64,000 nucleotides of DNA from Candidatus Poribacteria bacterium. Lineage in GTDB: Bacteria; Poribacteria; WGA-4E; PCPOR2b. Both the position numbers and the translations under genes were made by a program. Numbering within the stretch: position 1 is the stretch's first letter; every line of letters begins with the position of its first letter. The stretch is taken from assembly GCA_965198175.1 (NCBI GenBank), contig OZ240245.1, positions 2,160,164 to 2,224,163 of the forward strand, in the 5' to 3' direction. This document shows positions 49,512 through 61,046 of the stretch, one piece after another. The notes below the pieces were generated by a model. The model was not told where the DNA came from. It ran no database searches and was given only the letters and a program-made list of their open reading frames with translations.

Positions 49512-50669
49512 TTATCTGGCATCCTTCGGAATGACTGTCTCGACGATTGCTCCGATTAATCCCTGCTCATTCCATCCGACCGGTCCCGTTCCAACCCGGG
49601 CGACGACCAAATCAAGCGACGGTATGACATAGCAATTATTTGCGTTGTAACCCCTCAGAGCAAAGGCGTCCCTCGGCAAGCCCGCCATCATGGGGAGTTT
49701 CGGCCAGCTTGTCCCCTCGCTATTCACCCACCACGTATATCCATAGTTAGGGTTTATTTCTTGCGAGGCTTTGGTGGCGAGTTCCATCCACCACATGGGG
49801 ATCAGTTGCTGTCCGTCCCACACCCCGTTGTGGAGCGCAAGATAACCGAAACGCGCCAACTCTCTCGACGAGATGTATATTCCGCTATCCCCGTTCGTGT
49901 GGGGTCCTATGAACCCGCGGCCCCCTAGTACATTCCAACTCAATTCTTCTATGCCAATCGGAGCAAAGACTCGCTCCTGCATATAATCTCTCATCTCGAC
50001 GCCCATTATATTTGCAAATGCCAAAGCCAGATGCTGCAACCCGAGGTCGCTGTACTCCCAATGCGTCCCCGGATTGGCTGCCAGTGTATCTGCCCAATAA
50101 CCGTGCCGATTCGGACATCTTCCAAGCACGTGTTCAAAGGCGCCCTGCCCTTTTTCCATCGGCATGCCGACGCAGCCTGACGAATGTCCAGCAACTCCTG
50201 AGGTCATTGTGAGCAAATGTCGAGTGGTGATTTGCTCCTTGCGTGAATCTGTAAGCGGATACCCGTCGGGGATAAACGGGTAAGCCGGAGTGTCTAAGTC
50301 CACCTTCTGCCCGTTTGGAAGTTCGTTTTGACGGCTTGCCTCTAGGAGAAGTCCCCACGCTGTGCCTGTGAAGGATTTGGTGCCCGACCAAATGTTGAAG
50401 CGGGTAGGAATTGGGATATTAAAGGTGTGAAACTCGCGCACTAAATAACCGTGCCTGACGATCACAATGGACCACTGGTCGCCGCCGTAATGAAACGCTT
50501 GGCTTTGGAGAACGAGGTCGAGTTTTTCGGGATCCATTCCTGCTAGGTTGCGAACCTGCTCGGGATCTTCGATAAAACGCCATTCGCCCTTTGACTCCGG
50601 CGGAGGGTAGTAACGATCAACATCGCGGGAAGGGATTAACATACCTGAACCTCCTACTTGATTGAACAT
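49512..50669 (-). CDS. Serine hydrolase, beta-lactamase class C / 6-aminohexanoate-dimer hydrolase family
   Basis: SGTK (SxxK), HLLTMTSG, WEYS, RELARFG, YGYTWW. Confidence 0.9.
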   Translation of the reverse strand: MFNQVGGSGMLIPSRDVDRYYPPPESKGEWRFIEDPEQVRNLAGMDPEKLDLVLQSQAFHYGGDQWSIVIVRHGYLVREFHTFNIPIPTRFNIWSGTKSFTGTAWGLLLEASRQNELPNGQKVDLDTPAYPFIPDGYPLTDSRKEQITTRHLLTMTSGVAGHSSGCVGMPMEKGQGAFEHVLGRCPNRHGYWADTLAANPGTHWEYSDLGLQHLALAFANIMGVEMRDYMQERVFAPIGIEELSWNVLGGRGFIGPHTNGDSGIYISSRELARFGYLALHNGVWDGQQLIPMWWMELATKASQEINPNYGYTWWVNSEGTSWPKLPMMAGLPRDAFALRGYNANNCYVIPSLDLVVARVGTGPVGWNEQGLIGAIVETVIPKDAR

Positions 50670-51271
50670 CTAAGCTTCCTAGACGATCGATGAAGACTCT
50701 AAACCGTCTTCAATCCAGTTTGCCGGAGCATGTACTCCTGAGTAAACGCCGAATTGAGGGGTGCTCCCGACTAAGGACACCGATTATATCAGTCGTTTCA
50801 ATTTGCTGTCAACCGTTTTTATAAAGTGAAATTGAGGATTTGTGATTCGATCTCTAGATCGGTGAGATCGTTAGCACGAAGCCTCGGGACGTCAGAATCG
50901 GGAGGAGCTAATAAATCGAATCATAAATCTTGGATTCTCTGCGAGAGAAAAGCATCATCTGAGTGTATTAAGTGCGATAAATAGCGGCTAAACCCGCGGT
51001 GGGACTAAGTTTGTAACGACTTGCCTGTCAAGATTTCAGTTGTGATGCTCGACAGTCGAGACGGAGATTGACCTTGAACCACCAAAAATGTGCGAAGATG
51101 TAGATAATCTGTCTTCCCTAAAATCGACCGAGAAACACCTTAACCGCAGATATTGCCGCCACTGTATCAGCGTGGCGAGCATGTGCAGTTGATAGCTCTT
51201 ACACTACCTGCGAGGAACAGATTTGCGAAATACTGATAAGCAAGCAGATTCTGCACAAGGAGGTAGATTTT

Positions 51272-51680
51272 ATGTTCATCTTGGTCACCGGTGCTGCTGG
51301 ACGCATCGGTTTCCATTTGACCCGGTCCCTCATTCGAGAGGGCCATCGGGTGCGAGCTTTTGTCCTACCTGGCGACTCTAGAGTTGCCGATATCGCGCTC
51401 CCGTAGGTGGAGTTATGGCCGATTGGAAGATGTCGATGCGCTGACGGCAGCTGCGCAGGGCGTAGAAGCGGTGTTTCATCTGCGGGACGCACTCACCTCA
51501 CGGGGCAATACTGACGAAGAGTTTTTTGAGTTCAATCTGCGAGGCACTTTCAATCTGCTTATGGCGGTACGTGACCATGCACCGGCGATTCAGCGTTTCG
51601 CGTATGCTAGCAGCGATGCAGTTTACTGGAGCGGATCGACAGCGGGCGCCTTCTATCTGCCTGTGGACGAAGTGCACCAT
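51272..51680 (+). pseudogene. NAD-dependent epimerase/dehydratase fragment
   Basis: MFILVTGAAGRIG..., stop/frameshift near 51405, continues GVEAVFHL...YASSDAVY...LPVDE, then truncated. Confidence 0.8.
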
Positions 51681-52060
51681 ATCCACACTGTCCTAGAGTT
51701 CGTTGTGCATCTGAGCACGCTCATTGGCGGATTGGTTTCGCGCCCGTAATGGTTGCATTAGGAGCGCTATTGAAGTGAACAAAACCGTAGGTGGCAAAGG
51801 CTTGACGAAGGAATGAACACGAACAACATCACCTGCCATCCAGCGAAAGAAGCAGATCTAGAACGCACCTTTGAAGTGTTTATTACTCAATAAACGACTT
51901 GTATGCGGCAAATAATGTTCCAAGATTCAAGAGCAATGGAAGAAGAAACCGCTTGAGCAGCTGATTCATTGGCTTGACGGCTAAGGTCCCGTCAATCATT
52001 AAAAGTCATTAAGTATTTAGCGGGGGAACCATTTAGTTTTCGCATGAGCCAATTTTTTTG

Positions 52061-52088
52061 TTGACTTTCTTCTGGGTGCTGTTATGAT
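52061..52088 (+). promoter_or_regulatory. Sigma-70 promoter for the TPR-SUMF1-ASPIC genes
   Basis: TTGACT-16bp-TATGAT with extended -10 TG. Confidence 0.55.
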
Positions 52089-52207
52089 AGCAAAAGTTGT
52101 AATGTAAATCTGCATCATTTTCGAATCTGTTAGACAGTCGAGAGATAGTGCCGAGTCCTGTGATGGGCGAGTTTACCGCAAAAGGTTAGCTAGGTGCATA
52201 TGAAGCG

Positions 52208-53416
52208 ATGCCTCTCCTACAGAGTTTTGAAACCATGGGTCGAAGAACAACAAGAACAGTGTTTACGGCTGCCTTGTGTTTGATAGTGTTTGCAATCACG
52301 AACTTGAGTCAAGCAGATGAAAATAATTCTCACTTGGAGTATGTCGACCGCCTACAAGTGGGGTTCATACGGCTGTTCCAGGGAGATAACCCCGGCGCCA
52401 TAGAGGCGTTTGAGAAAGCGCTGGAAATCGAACCTAATCACTATGAGATTCACCACTACCTTGGAATGACCTATGCAGATAACGATTTCCGGAATAGGGC
52501 GGTGGCGGCTTACCGCCGATCTCTGGAACTGATGCCAGATAATGTAGCGGTGTTGTACTCACTTGCAAAGGCCTATTACAAACTTGGTGAATGGGCAAAA
52601 ATGTCGGCGACCCTTCAACAGAGCATCGCTCGTTCGCCCATGGATGCTCGGGGTTATGAGTTGCTTGGAAAAGCCCAAGTCAAGCTACGACAGTTTGCCG
52701 TGGCGACAAAGACGCTAAAGCAGGCCATGGAGTTGAATCCCACGGCGCCGGAAATCTACTATGAACTGGGAACTGCTTATCTCAATCAGAAAAAATTTAA
52801 GGAGGCCATCCCGTACTTCAAAAAAGCCCTCCAATTCGGGCATCGAAGTGCTCAACCGTATCACGGCCTAGGTATAGCCTATTTTCGTATGGGAAAGCGG
52901 GAAGAGGGAAAAACCCACATGCTTCGATTTCGACAGTTAGATGAAGAATTAGCAGAATTTCACCGACTGTCACGGCTCACACGCGTGGAACCGAACAATA
53001 TTGAGGGCTGGGCAGGATTGGGGATGCTGTTGATGCACCAGAAGAACTATGCAAAGGCGGTACCTGTGCTTCAAAAATGTATTCAACTGTCACCCGAAAA
53101 CACTTCCTTCTATTTCGGACTTAGCCGAGCTTTACTTAACCTAGGGCAGCCTGAACCAGCACGCAATGCGGTCCGCTATGCCATTCAACTTAAACCGCAT
53201 GAAGCGATTCTATACGACACACTTGGCAATACCTATGCTATGCAAAACGATATACCTAACGCTATTAAGGCGGTTCTCAAAGCCGTCGAACTCGATCCGG
53301 AATTCCCTTACTATTATCTCAATCTCGCGAAGCTATACAAACAGATGGGCCAACAAAATCGTGCTGAAGAACACTACCAGTTGTACGAACACTTTAAAAG
53401 AAAAACATCACGATGA
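52208..53416 (+). CDS. Secreted tetratricopeptide repeat protein
   Basis: Signal-like N-terminus; repeated LG..Y...G...A...KALE..P pattern. Confidence 0.92.
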   Translation: MPLLQSFETMGRRTTRTVFTAALCLIVFAITNLSQADENNSHLEYVDRLQVGFIRLFQGDNPGAIEAFEKALEIEPNHYEIHHYLGMTYADNDFRNRAVAAYRRSLELMPDNVAVLYSLAKAYYKLGEWAKMSATLQQSIARSPMDARGYELLGKAQVKLRQFAVATKTLKQAMELNPTAPEIYYELGTAYLNQKKFKEAIPYFKKALQFGHRSAQPYHGLGIAYFRMGKREEGKTHMLRFRQLDEELAEFHRLSRLTRVEPNNIEGWAGLGMLLMHQKNYAKAVPVLQKCIQLSPENTSFYFGLSRALLNLGQPEPARNAVRYAIQLKPHEAILYDTLGNTYAMQNDIPNAIKAVLKAVELDPEFPYYYLNLAKLYKQMGQQNRAEEHYQLYEHFKRKTSR

Positions 53417-54249
53417 TGCAAGGTACACAACCGCTTTTACTCAACTTCGGAATCATTCTCATGGTCGCAACGCAATCTCTCGCTGCAGAAGAGAGCGTGA
53501 AACACATTCCTGCCGGCGTATTTACGATGGGAATGGAATCCCGTGGTCCAAACGAAAAACCCGCCCACAAGGTAGAGCTCGATGCCTACTATATCGGTAA
53601 ATATGAGGTGACAAATCAGGAGTATTACCGCTTCTGGCAGGCGACCGGTAAACACACGCCAGAGAGCTTCCCGGATGACTATGGTATCGGTGCATGGCCC
53701 GGGCGGGCACTGAAGTATCCGGATTATCCCGTAGTCGGGGTTTCCTGGTATGACGCGGTCGCTTATGCTAAATGGGTCGGCATGCGGTTACCTACAGAAG
53801 CGGAATGGGAAAAGGCCGCACGGGGCGGCACCAATCGACGCTGGCCATGGGGCAATTCACTCCACCCTTATGCCAACACGTGGAACGGTGAAGATGGATA
53901 CGATAACGGCATCGCACCGGTTGGCAGCTACCCAGAGGGAAAGAGTGACTACGGTGTGATGGACTTGGCTGGCAACGTTTGGGAATGGACAGCCGATTGG
54001 TATAGCGATACCTATTACCCCACCAGCCCCAAGCGCAATCCCAAGGGACCAGAGATGGGAAGCTGGCGGGTGATTCGCGGCGGTTCATGGATAGACAATA
54101 TCAATCTGTGTGAAACCACGGTTCGACTCCAGTTTTATCCGGGGCTCAGTACTTCCTTCATCGGTTTTCGGCTCGCCCAGACAGCTGAACCCTGCCCTTC
54201 CTCGGAGAAATGTAAGACGCAATCCGTCAACCCCGGCCCCCAAAAATGA
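53413..54249 (+). CDS. Formylglycine-generating enzyme (SUMF1) domain protein
   Basis: YEVTN, RLPTEAEWEKAARG, DLAGNVWEW, RGGSW, GFR. Confidence 0.93.
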   Translation: MMQGTQPLLLNFGIILMVATQSLAAEESVKHIPAGVFTMGMESRGPNEKPAHKVELDAYYIGKYEVTNQEYYRFWQATGKHTPESFPDDYGIGAWPGRALKYPDYPVVGVSWYDAVAYAKWVGMRLPTEAEWEKAARGGTNRRWPWGNSLHPYANTWNGEDGYDNGIAPVGSYPEGKSDYGVMDLAGNVWEWTADWYSDTYYPTSPKRNPKGPEMGSWRVIRGGSWIDNINLCETTVRLQFYPGLSTSFIGFRLAQTAEPCPSSEKCKTQSVNPGPQK

Positions 54250-54374
54250 AGCCATGAACAGCCTAACTTCATTAGACTTGCCTAGTCCACAAATTTTGGG
54301 ATTTCATAATGCTTCTATCATTTTCTTCCTGTACAGACCTAATCTACACCTGGAAATTACAAGTAGTAACCTGC

Positions 54375-56030
54375 ATGAGGATAACCCCCGTCCAATCTCA
54401 ACTTCTACCCACCGTTGTCCTCGTACTGGTCGCTATGAACAGTTTTGCCGATCTGCCCTCTGTGTTCGTGGATGTGACTGAGGAAGTCGGCATCCACTTC
54501 AAACACACCAATGGCAAGATCGACCGTTGGCATGTCATCGAAACTATGGGGTCTGGCGCCGTCTTCTTCGATTATGACAACGATGATCGGCTCGATCTTT
54601 ATGTCGTCAATAGTGGATATGTACCAGGCACGACTCAGAAACCTTCGCCTGGAAATATGTTATATCGCAACGATGGGAATGGTGGCTTTACCGATGTCAC
54701 CACCGCTTCAGGGACAGGAGATACCAGATATGGGATGGCAGCGGCAACCGCTGACTATGATAACGATGGAGATCAGGATTTGTACGTCGCCAACTTTGGC
54801 GCAGATGTGCTTTACCGCAACAACGGAGATGGCACCTTTACCGATGTCACTGAAGCGGCGGGCATCAATAATGAACTCTGGGGCGTAGCAGTTTGCTATC
54901 TAGATTTCGATCTAGATAGCGATTTGGACATCTTTGTCGTCAACTACGTAGTGTACGATCTGTCGATGCCCCCTTATATTACCTATAAGGGCGTGGTTGG
55001 CTATGGTCCCCCACGTACCTACGAAGGAACGCCAGATGTGCTTTACCGAAACAATGGGGATGGCACTTTTACCGATGTTTCACAGCAAGCCGGTGTCTCA
55101 AATCCGGTCGAAGGACGAGGTATGAGCGGGGTGGTATGTGACTACGATAACGATGGTTGGCCGGATATTTATGTTCCCAATGACACCAACCGGAACTTTC
55201 TGTATCATAACGATGGGGATGGGACGTTTACAGACGTAAGTTTATTTAACGGTACGGGATATGATGAAAACGGCATTGCTGAGGGATCTATGGGCGCGGA
55301 CTGTGGGGATTATAACGCGGATGGATGGTTAGATTTGCTAATCGCCAATTCGGAAACGGCGACCCTCTACAAAAATGATCGGGATGGCGGATTTACCGAC
55401 GAGACCGCCGCTGCGGGCCTGCGAGAGGCTACCTATCTATTTGTGGGTTTCAGCGCGCTATTCCTGGATTATGATAATGACGGACATCTCGATATTTTCT
55501 CTGCGAACGGGCATCCGCAAGCGATTATCGAACAACTGACCGATGAAGAGACCTACGCGCAAAAAGATCAACTGTTTCGCCATAATGGAGATGGAACGTA
55601 CATGGAGGTGTCAGCAACTTCTGGAGCATATTTCTCGGAGGCGTTTGTGGGGCGGGCAACTGCCAGCGGGGACTATGACAATGATGGAGATACGGATATT
55701 TTTATTGTGAATTCCAACCAGCGCGCGATTCTGCTTCGCAACGATGGGAACGATCGGCATAACTGGATTCGCATCAAGCTGGTGGGCGCCCGCAGCAATC
55801 GGGATGGCATCGGCGCGCGAGTCCAGGTTACAACGGGTGGAAGAAGTCAGATTGCCGAGGTGAAGAGTGGTTCTAGTTACGCTTCCGGTAGCGATAAGCG
55901 TCTGCTGTTCGGTTTAGAAACGCATCGTCGAGTAGATCAGCTTGAGATTCGGTGGCCAAGCGGGATAGTCCAGCGTCTCACGAGTATTCGTTGTAACAAA
56001 ACCGTTACCGTCGTTGAGCGTGGATCTTAA
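54375..56030 (+). CDS. CRTAC1 family (FG-GAP repeats + ASPIC/UnbV) protein
   Basis: ETMGSG, repeated DYDNDG.D, SNRDGIGARV, IRWPSG; start uncertain. Confidence 0.92.
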   Translation: MRITPVQSQLLPTVVLVLVAMNSFADLPSVFVDVTEEVGIHFKHTNGKIDRWHVIETMGSGAVFFDYDNDDRLDLYVVNSGYVPGTTQKPSPGNMLYRNDGNGGFTDVTTASGTGDTRYGMAAATADYDNDGDQDLYVANFGADVLYRNNGDGTFTDVTEAAGINNELWGVAVCYLDFDLDSDLDIFVVNYVVYDLSMPPYITYKGVVGYGPPRTYEGTPDVLYRNNGDGTFTDVSQQAGVSNPVEGRGMSGVVCDYDNDGWPDIYVPNDTNRNFLYHNDGDGTFTDVSLFNGTGYDENGIAEGSMGADCGDYNADGWLDLLIANSETATLYKNDRDGGFTDETAAAGLREATYLFVGFSALFLDYDNDGHLDIFSANGHPQAIIEQLTDEETYAQKDQLFRHNGDGTYMEVSATSGAYFSEAFVGRATASGDYDNDGDTDIFIVNSNQRAILLRNDGNDRHNWIRIKLVGARSNRDGIGARVQVTTGGRSQIAEVKSGSSYASGSDKRLLFGLETHRRVDQLEIRWPSGIVQRLTSIRCNKTVTVVERGS

Positions 56031-56631
56031 CAAAACGCCTAAAGTTCCACCGAATCAGCTAGCCCAATCTGTTGCGCCGTTTTGCCGTCGAACGGTTCTT
56101 TGCGCAACATAAGCCACTCAGCCTTCTGCAAGCCAATCACATCAATTAACTGGAAACGCCCCAAGGAGATGACTAACCATAGCTACTTCTGGCAAGTCGG
56201 TATTCACCTCGCGAGCAGCAAGATGGAGGTTTTAGTAAACACCCAAGAAAAGCCCACCGCCTAGGACATACCTACGGCATGCAGCCGCAGCACAGTGACC
56301 TGTAGTAACGACTCTAGTTGAATGAAGACCCGTCCGTGCTCAGCTTCAAACTCGGTCACTTGTTGAATAAACATTCGTCAACTCCTTCAAATCATTGCCC
56401 GCTGAATACGATTGCTTGCTGCCCTAAGTCACAAACACCACTGCCTCTGAGGACTGGTACACTTTATGCGGCACCTTGTCGAACTCGACTAACATCGCTT
56501 GATTGATGGTGTTGAAGAACTCCAGGACGACACCGTGTGAGCTTGGCGACCCGATTACAAAATTCTAGTTTAACTCGTGGCATCGTACATACAGCCTACT
56601 GGACAGTGGCTATGGGTGAGGCAAACCCACA

Positions 56632-56997
56632 TCAGCGGCACATAATTGATTCAACTTCTGGCAGAACAGCTGAAACGGCAGCTTGATCCACCTTTGCAGC
56701 AACACTATCATAGCCGGCTGTACGGATCATTTCTACTAGATGCTGTCCAAGCTGTTTAATTGTCCAGTTGATTGGATCCAGTGTGGCGTTTTTGTTCATA
56801 GGGTATACATCGTTCTGCCCCGATGGAGCATAGTGATAATGGGGATTTTTACGGAAGCAGTCGAATCGTAGCAGTTGCACTGATGTGCCATCAACATTAC
56901 CAAAAACTCTAACAGCCGGACCTCTGTTATCATCCAGTCCGCGGTTTTCAACGTGAAGTTCAATCCCACCAACATGGAAAACTTTTCCCTGACCCAT
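56632..56997 (-). CDS. Conserved hypothetical protein
   Basis: GGAGG RBS; LLRFDCF..NPHYHY motif. Confidence 0.7.
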   Translation of the reverse strand: MGQGKVFHVGGIELHVENRGLDDNRGPAVRVFGNVDGTSVQLLRFDCFRKNPHYHYAPSGQNDVYPMNKNATLDPINWTIKQLGQHLVEMIRTAGYDSVAAKVDQAAVSAVLPEVESIMCR

Positions 56998-57364
56998 ATC
57001 TCTACCCTCCTGGATTGTGAGTGTTCAGTTTTCGGACATTGAAAAGTCAGATTTCACAGAACCTGTTAGATCTTAACTCGCTGATTATTGTAACACTTTC
57101 AGATAAAATACACAATTGCCATAACTGACGTGAATCCTCTTGACAGAGCATCAGCCAACGAGTAAAATATCCAAGATCCGTCTTGTAATTTAATCCGGGT
57201 AGCTTGTTAAGTCGAGGCTTCTGCAAGCTTTCAACCACCTAATCATAGCTCGCTAGCTAGAGATGATTGGGTACCTATCATACGTAAAAGAATCAAGTTT
57301 TGTACCGATAGATAAAGTTAACCTACGTGGGACTTAAACTACCGTAAGGAGGTATACCTAAACT

Positions 57365-58618
57365 ATGAACGCTTATTGCACTTGCTTAAATCCCTTCTTA
57401 AAAATTACTAGTTATTTAACAATCATGTTGTGGCTGTTGATAGTGCCCGGGCTAGATGGTATCGCCGCATCAAAGCGAGTCGCCGTCTTGTACTTTGAAG
57501 ATCACAGTCGTTTCGATTCTGCGACCGGCTGCGGTTGCATCCCAAATCCGTTTGGGCTTTTCGGCACCGGAAAGGGGCGAACAAAGTGGAATCTCAAGGA
57601 GGGATTCCCAGAGCTGTTGAACCGAAAACTTAAACAGACACAGGTCTACGAACCTATTTCCGATGAGGAAGTTAAAGATGCCATGGCGCAGCTGGGATTA
57701 TCATTAAAAGCCGTTCGATCCAACGCTGAGAAGCGGGAACAGTTGGCTAAAGCGCTGAACGTGGAAGCGTTCATTGTGGGTAACATCCGGAAGTTCAACC
57801 AAGAGAGAGCCAAGGCAACGCGTTTTCAGACACTCAAGGGGAGAGGAGGCGGGTTTAATATGGCGGCAGGGTTCGTCGGCGGCGCACAGCTTATAGGATA
57901 TTATTATAGTGCTACCGTTCACCTGAAAATGAAATTCTACGGCAGTTCCGGGGATGAAATTGCAAAGCGCAAAATTGCTGCGACCAAAAGGCACCAGCTT
58001 GGTGGAGCCAAGTTCGCCGCCTTAGAAGCTGTGGTAAGCGAACAGGGAACTGAGCTCCAACTTGGACAGATGCCGAATCGCCAAAAAAAACCTCGCCCAA
58101 TCGTTAGTTATGCGAAGCTAAATCAGATAAAGTTTGCTAGCCCAGAATACGATCTAACCTTATTCGGTCTTGCTACTGACGACGCCTTAACGAAGGTGGT
58201 ATTGGCATTGCGCGATACCATTGGTCCTGAATTCATCATGCCGGGAACCACAGTTTCGCAGAAAGGTGAGGGAACATCAAGTCCATCTTCGGGCGAATCC
58301 CCCCGTCGCCTTAGAGCAAAGGTTCTTTACGTTAATCCAGACGATCCAGCAGATGCGTATATTAACGTCGGTTCTTCCAAGGGAATTCTGGTAAGGCAGC
58401 AGCTGGCAGTCTATACTGACGGTGAGCCGCTAATCGATCCAGACACAGAAGAAGTGCTTGGTAATGTCCCCAAAATGATTGGTAAAGTCGAAGTTGTTGA
58501 AGTCAAAACCGATCGGCTTTCCCGAGTCCGCGTCATCGAAGGTTTGGGTGTAATCAAGAAAGGAGATAAGGTCGAAGAAACAGAGCCCCCACTATCGGGT
58601 ACCCAGGTGCAGAATTAG
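57365..58618 (+). CDS. Exported CsgG/FlgT-like protein
   Basis: RVAVLYFED N-domain; C-terminal YINVGSSKGI...LIDPDTEEVLG...IGKVEV...IKKGDKV. Confidence 0.65.
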   Translation: MNAYCTCLNPFLKITSYLTIMLWLLIVPGLDGIAASKRVAVLYFEDHSRFDSATGCGCIPNPFGLFGTGKGRTKWNLKEGFPELLNRKLKQTQVYEPISDEEVKDAMAQLGLSLKAVRSNAEKREQLAKALNVEAFIVGNIRKFNQERAKATRFQTLKGRGGGFNMAAGFVGGAQLIGYYYSATVHLKMKFYGSSGDEIAKRKIAATKRHQLGGAKFAALEAVVSEQGTELQLGQMPNRQKKPRPIVSYAKLNQIKFASPEYDLTLFGLATDDALTKVVLALRDTIGPEFIMPGTTVSQKGEGTSSPSSGESPRRLRAKVLYVNPDDPADAYINVGSSKGILVRQQLAVYTDGEPLIDPDTEEVLGNVPKMIGKVEVVEVKTDRLSRVRVIEGLGVIKKGDKVEETEPPLSGTQVQN

Positions 58619-58653
58619 GTCTGGTATTCGCGGCGAAGCTAGCGGAGGAAAAG

Positions 58654-59685
58654 ATGATTTGCAAAATAAGAATCATTCTTGTTGCTGTTTATTTCCTTAC
58701 AGCTATAATTAGTTATGGTAGCGAAAGTAATCAACAGCAGACAAATGGAAAAAGCATTAAAATTGGACTGTCAATGGACTCGTTGCGAGTTGAACGTTGG
58801 CGGAAAGATCGAGACATCTTCAAAAAGCGTGCAGAGGAATTAGGCGCAGAGGTGATTGTGCAGCACGCCGACGGGGACGCCCGAAGGCAAAATGAGCAAG
58901 CGGAGAACATGATTACACAGGGCGTTGATGTGTTGGTTGTGATCCCGAAAGATGGAGTTGCCGCGGCACAGATTGTTGAAGCCGCTCACAAGGAAGGAAT
59001 CAAGGTCTTAGCTTATGATCGTTTGATTATGAAAAGTGATGTAGATCTTTATATCTCCTTTGACAACGAGCAGGTCGGTTATTTACAGGCGGAGTACATT
59101 GCACGTAGAATTCCTAAGGGAAACTACTTTTTGCTGGGGGGCGCCCCTACAGACAACAACGCACATCTTCTACGAAAGGGGCAGATGCGGGCACTACAAC
59201 CACTAATCGATTCCAAAGACATCAATATAGTTGCAACGCAATGGGCAATTGATTGGGACGCCCGAGATGCACTGAAAAAAACAGAGCAGGTTTTGACACG
59301 TTATAATAACCGCATTGATGCAGTTGTTGCTTCTAACGACGGTACTGCAGGTGGGGTTATCCAAGCGCTTGATGCGCAAAAGCTAGCGGGTAAAGTGCTT
59401 GTTTCTGGGCAAGATGCAGAGAAAGCTGCGTGCCAGCGCATTCTTGAAGGGACACAAGCGATGACCGTTTACAAACCGATACACCTAATCGCTACAGCAG
59501 CCGCAGAAGCGGCAGTCGCACTTGCGAAAGGCGATGTGATTCCGCAGGCAACACAGACGGTGAATAATGAAAAAACGGCTGTTCCTTCTATTCTCTTAAT
59601 CCCGATCCAAGTGGATAAAGATAATCTTGATGTGGTCATCGAAGATGGGTTTCACAAACGAGAAGAAATCTACAAGACGAAGTAG
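58654..59685 (+). CDS. xylF: D-xylose ABC transporter substrate-binding protein
   Basis: ERWRKDRD, AYDRLI, YISFDN, PTDNNA, SNDGTAGG, SGQDA, MTVYKPI. Confidence 0.92.
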   Translation: MICKIRIILVAVYFLTAIISYGSESNQQQTNGKSIKIGLSMDSLRVERWRKDRDIFKKRAEELGAEVIVQHADGDARRQNEQAENMITQGVDVLVVIPKDGVAAAQIVEAAHKEGIKVLAYDRLIMKSDVDLYISFDNEQVGYLQAEYIARRIPKGNYFLLGGAPTDNNAHLLRKGQMRALQPLIDSKDINIVATQWAIDWDARDALKKTEQVLTRYNNRIDAVVASNDGTAGGVIQALDAQKLAGKVLVSGQDAEKAACQRILEGTQAMTVYKPIHLIATAAAEAAVALAKGDVIPQATQTVNNEKTAVPSILLIPIQVDKDNLDVVIEDGFHKREEIYKTK

Positions 59686-60131
59686 AGCCGTTCGAAACGC
59701 CGCTACTTCCAATGAAACCACAGGAGGAGTGGTCGATATTACATAGTTTGAATACCGCTGAATTGACAGCATCTTGCCTATTGAATGCTTTAGCACGCTG
59801 TAATTGGCGCGACGACTGGATTTTTTTGCAAGTAATTTATAGGGACGCTTAGCTACGTTTCTCGGATCTCTAGGACACAGAAAGCTGATTAACGTACAAA
59901 GCATTGGCCATATCCGAATTGAAACTGTCCGACGTAAAGACAGGCAGCTTCACAAACATGTCCTCTACCGTACCTAGAACCATGCTGATGCTTAAAACGG
60001 TGACCGATGCAAGTTCGTTGTCATGAAATTTGAGAACCGTGAGGATATTTGCGCCGTTTGGGCAACCCCATTGACCGACGCAATGATGTCGTGATTCGCA
60101 TTGAAATCCCGCAATTCTAAAAGGATTTAGC

Positions 60132-60596
60132 ATGGATTATGATCCTTATTTCATACACATTAGCCTTTCGTCGCTCACTATATGGATATTTACCAAGCGC
60201 TCCGCGCTACGCTGGGGCAGTGGAATAGGTTGGTTTGCAGGTCTAGCATCTAGGGTGGATATCTTTATCGCATACTACCTCATTGTGTCTGCGGTGGGTG
60301 CAAGTGTCCTCTTGGTAATCCGTTGGGTTATCGCCAAAAAGAGCTACACGAGTATTAGGCTCATTTGGAACGAAGGACTCAAGCGAGTGCTATTACTCTT
60401 GTCCATTGTTGCTGGATTCATTTCTGCATTTTATATGTCAGCCGAAAATTCTAAATATTCATTTTCACTCTTTCTCACAGGTGCCCTGTTTACGCCTCTA
60501 TCAATATACGCTGGCGTGTATTGCGCAGGAGTAGTAATTATTCACTTAACTCGCTGGATTGCAGCTGGTTTCAAATCCAGCAACTCCAACAATTAA
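60132..60596 (+). CDS. Hypothetical membrane protein
   Basis: AAGGA RBS; about five hydrophobic segments. Confidence 0.6.
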   Translation: MDYDPYFIHISLSSLTIWIFTKRSALRWGSGIGWFAGLASRVDIFIAYYLIVSAVGASVLLVIRWVIAKKSYTSIRLIWNEGLKRVLLLLSIVAGFISAFYMSAENSKYSFSLFLTGALFTPLSIYAGVYCAGVVIIHLTRWIAAGFKSSNSNN

Positions 60597-60848
60597 CCAC
60601 TACTCTGGGGGAGGTTAACTTACCACCCCCTTTGTGGCAGGAGAGATGGAGATTTGTTTGAATGTACCACACAAGGTAGTGGGGTAAGGTGTAACTTCAA
60701 TTGAATTGCCCGTTAATCTCAATTTGGTGGCGCGCCATCTCTCGCCGCCACCATTATGGTGGAGGGGGTAGAAGTTGGTACTACTACAATGCGCGGCTTC
60801 TATCTAGCCCACTACCGCCGCCACCAATCAAACAAAGGAAAATTATAA

Positions 60849-61046
60849 ATGTAAACTGAGTTCAAGCTGAACCTCCTAAAACACGACAATGGATGTCGTA
60901 TAGATATTCACTATTTCGATTCTGATTACGATGATGTTGTGAATGACTTTATTCAAACCGAGAAAGCATCCCCTATAGTACAAACGGTGGGAGTTAGTGC
61001 AGTGCAAGGAGTAACTTGGCGTTTGTATTGTGTCTCAGCAGCCTGA
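60849..61046 (+). pseudogene. Small hypothetical gene with a stop at codon 2
   Basis: AAAGGA RBS, ATG-TAA then 63 open codons TEFKLNLLKHDNGCRIDIHYFDSD...VSAA*. Confidence 0.4.

Noticed and set aside
60590-60720. Integron attC site
   Set aside because: Core boxes are imperfect, with no integrase or repeated cassette structure.
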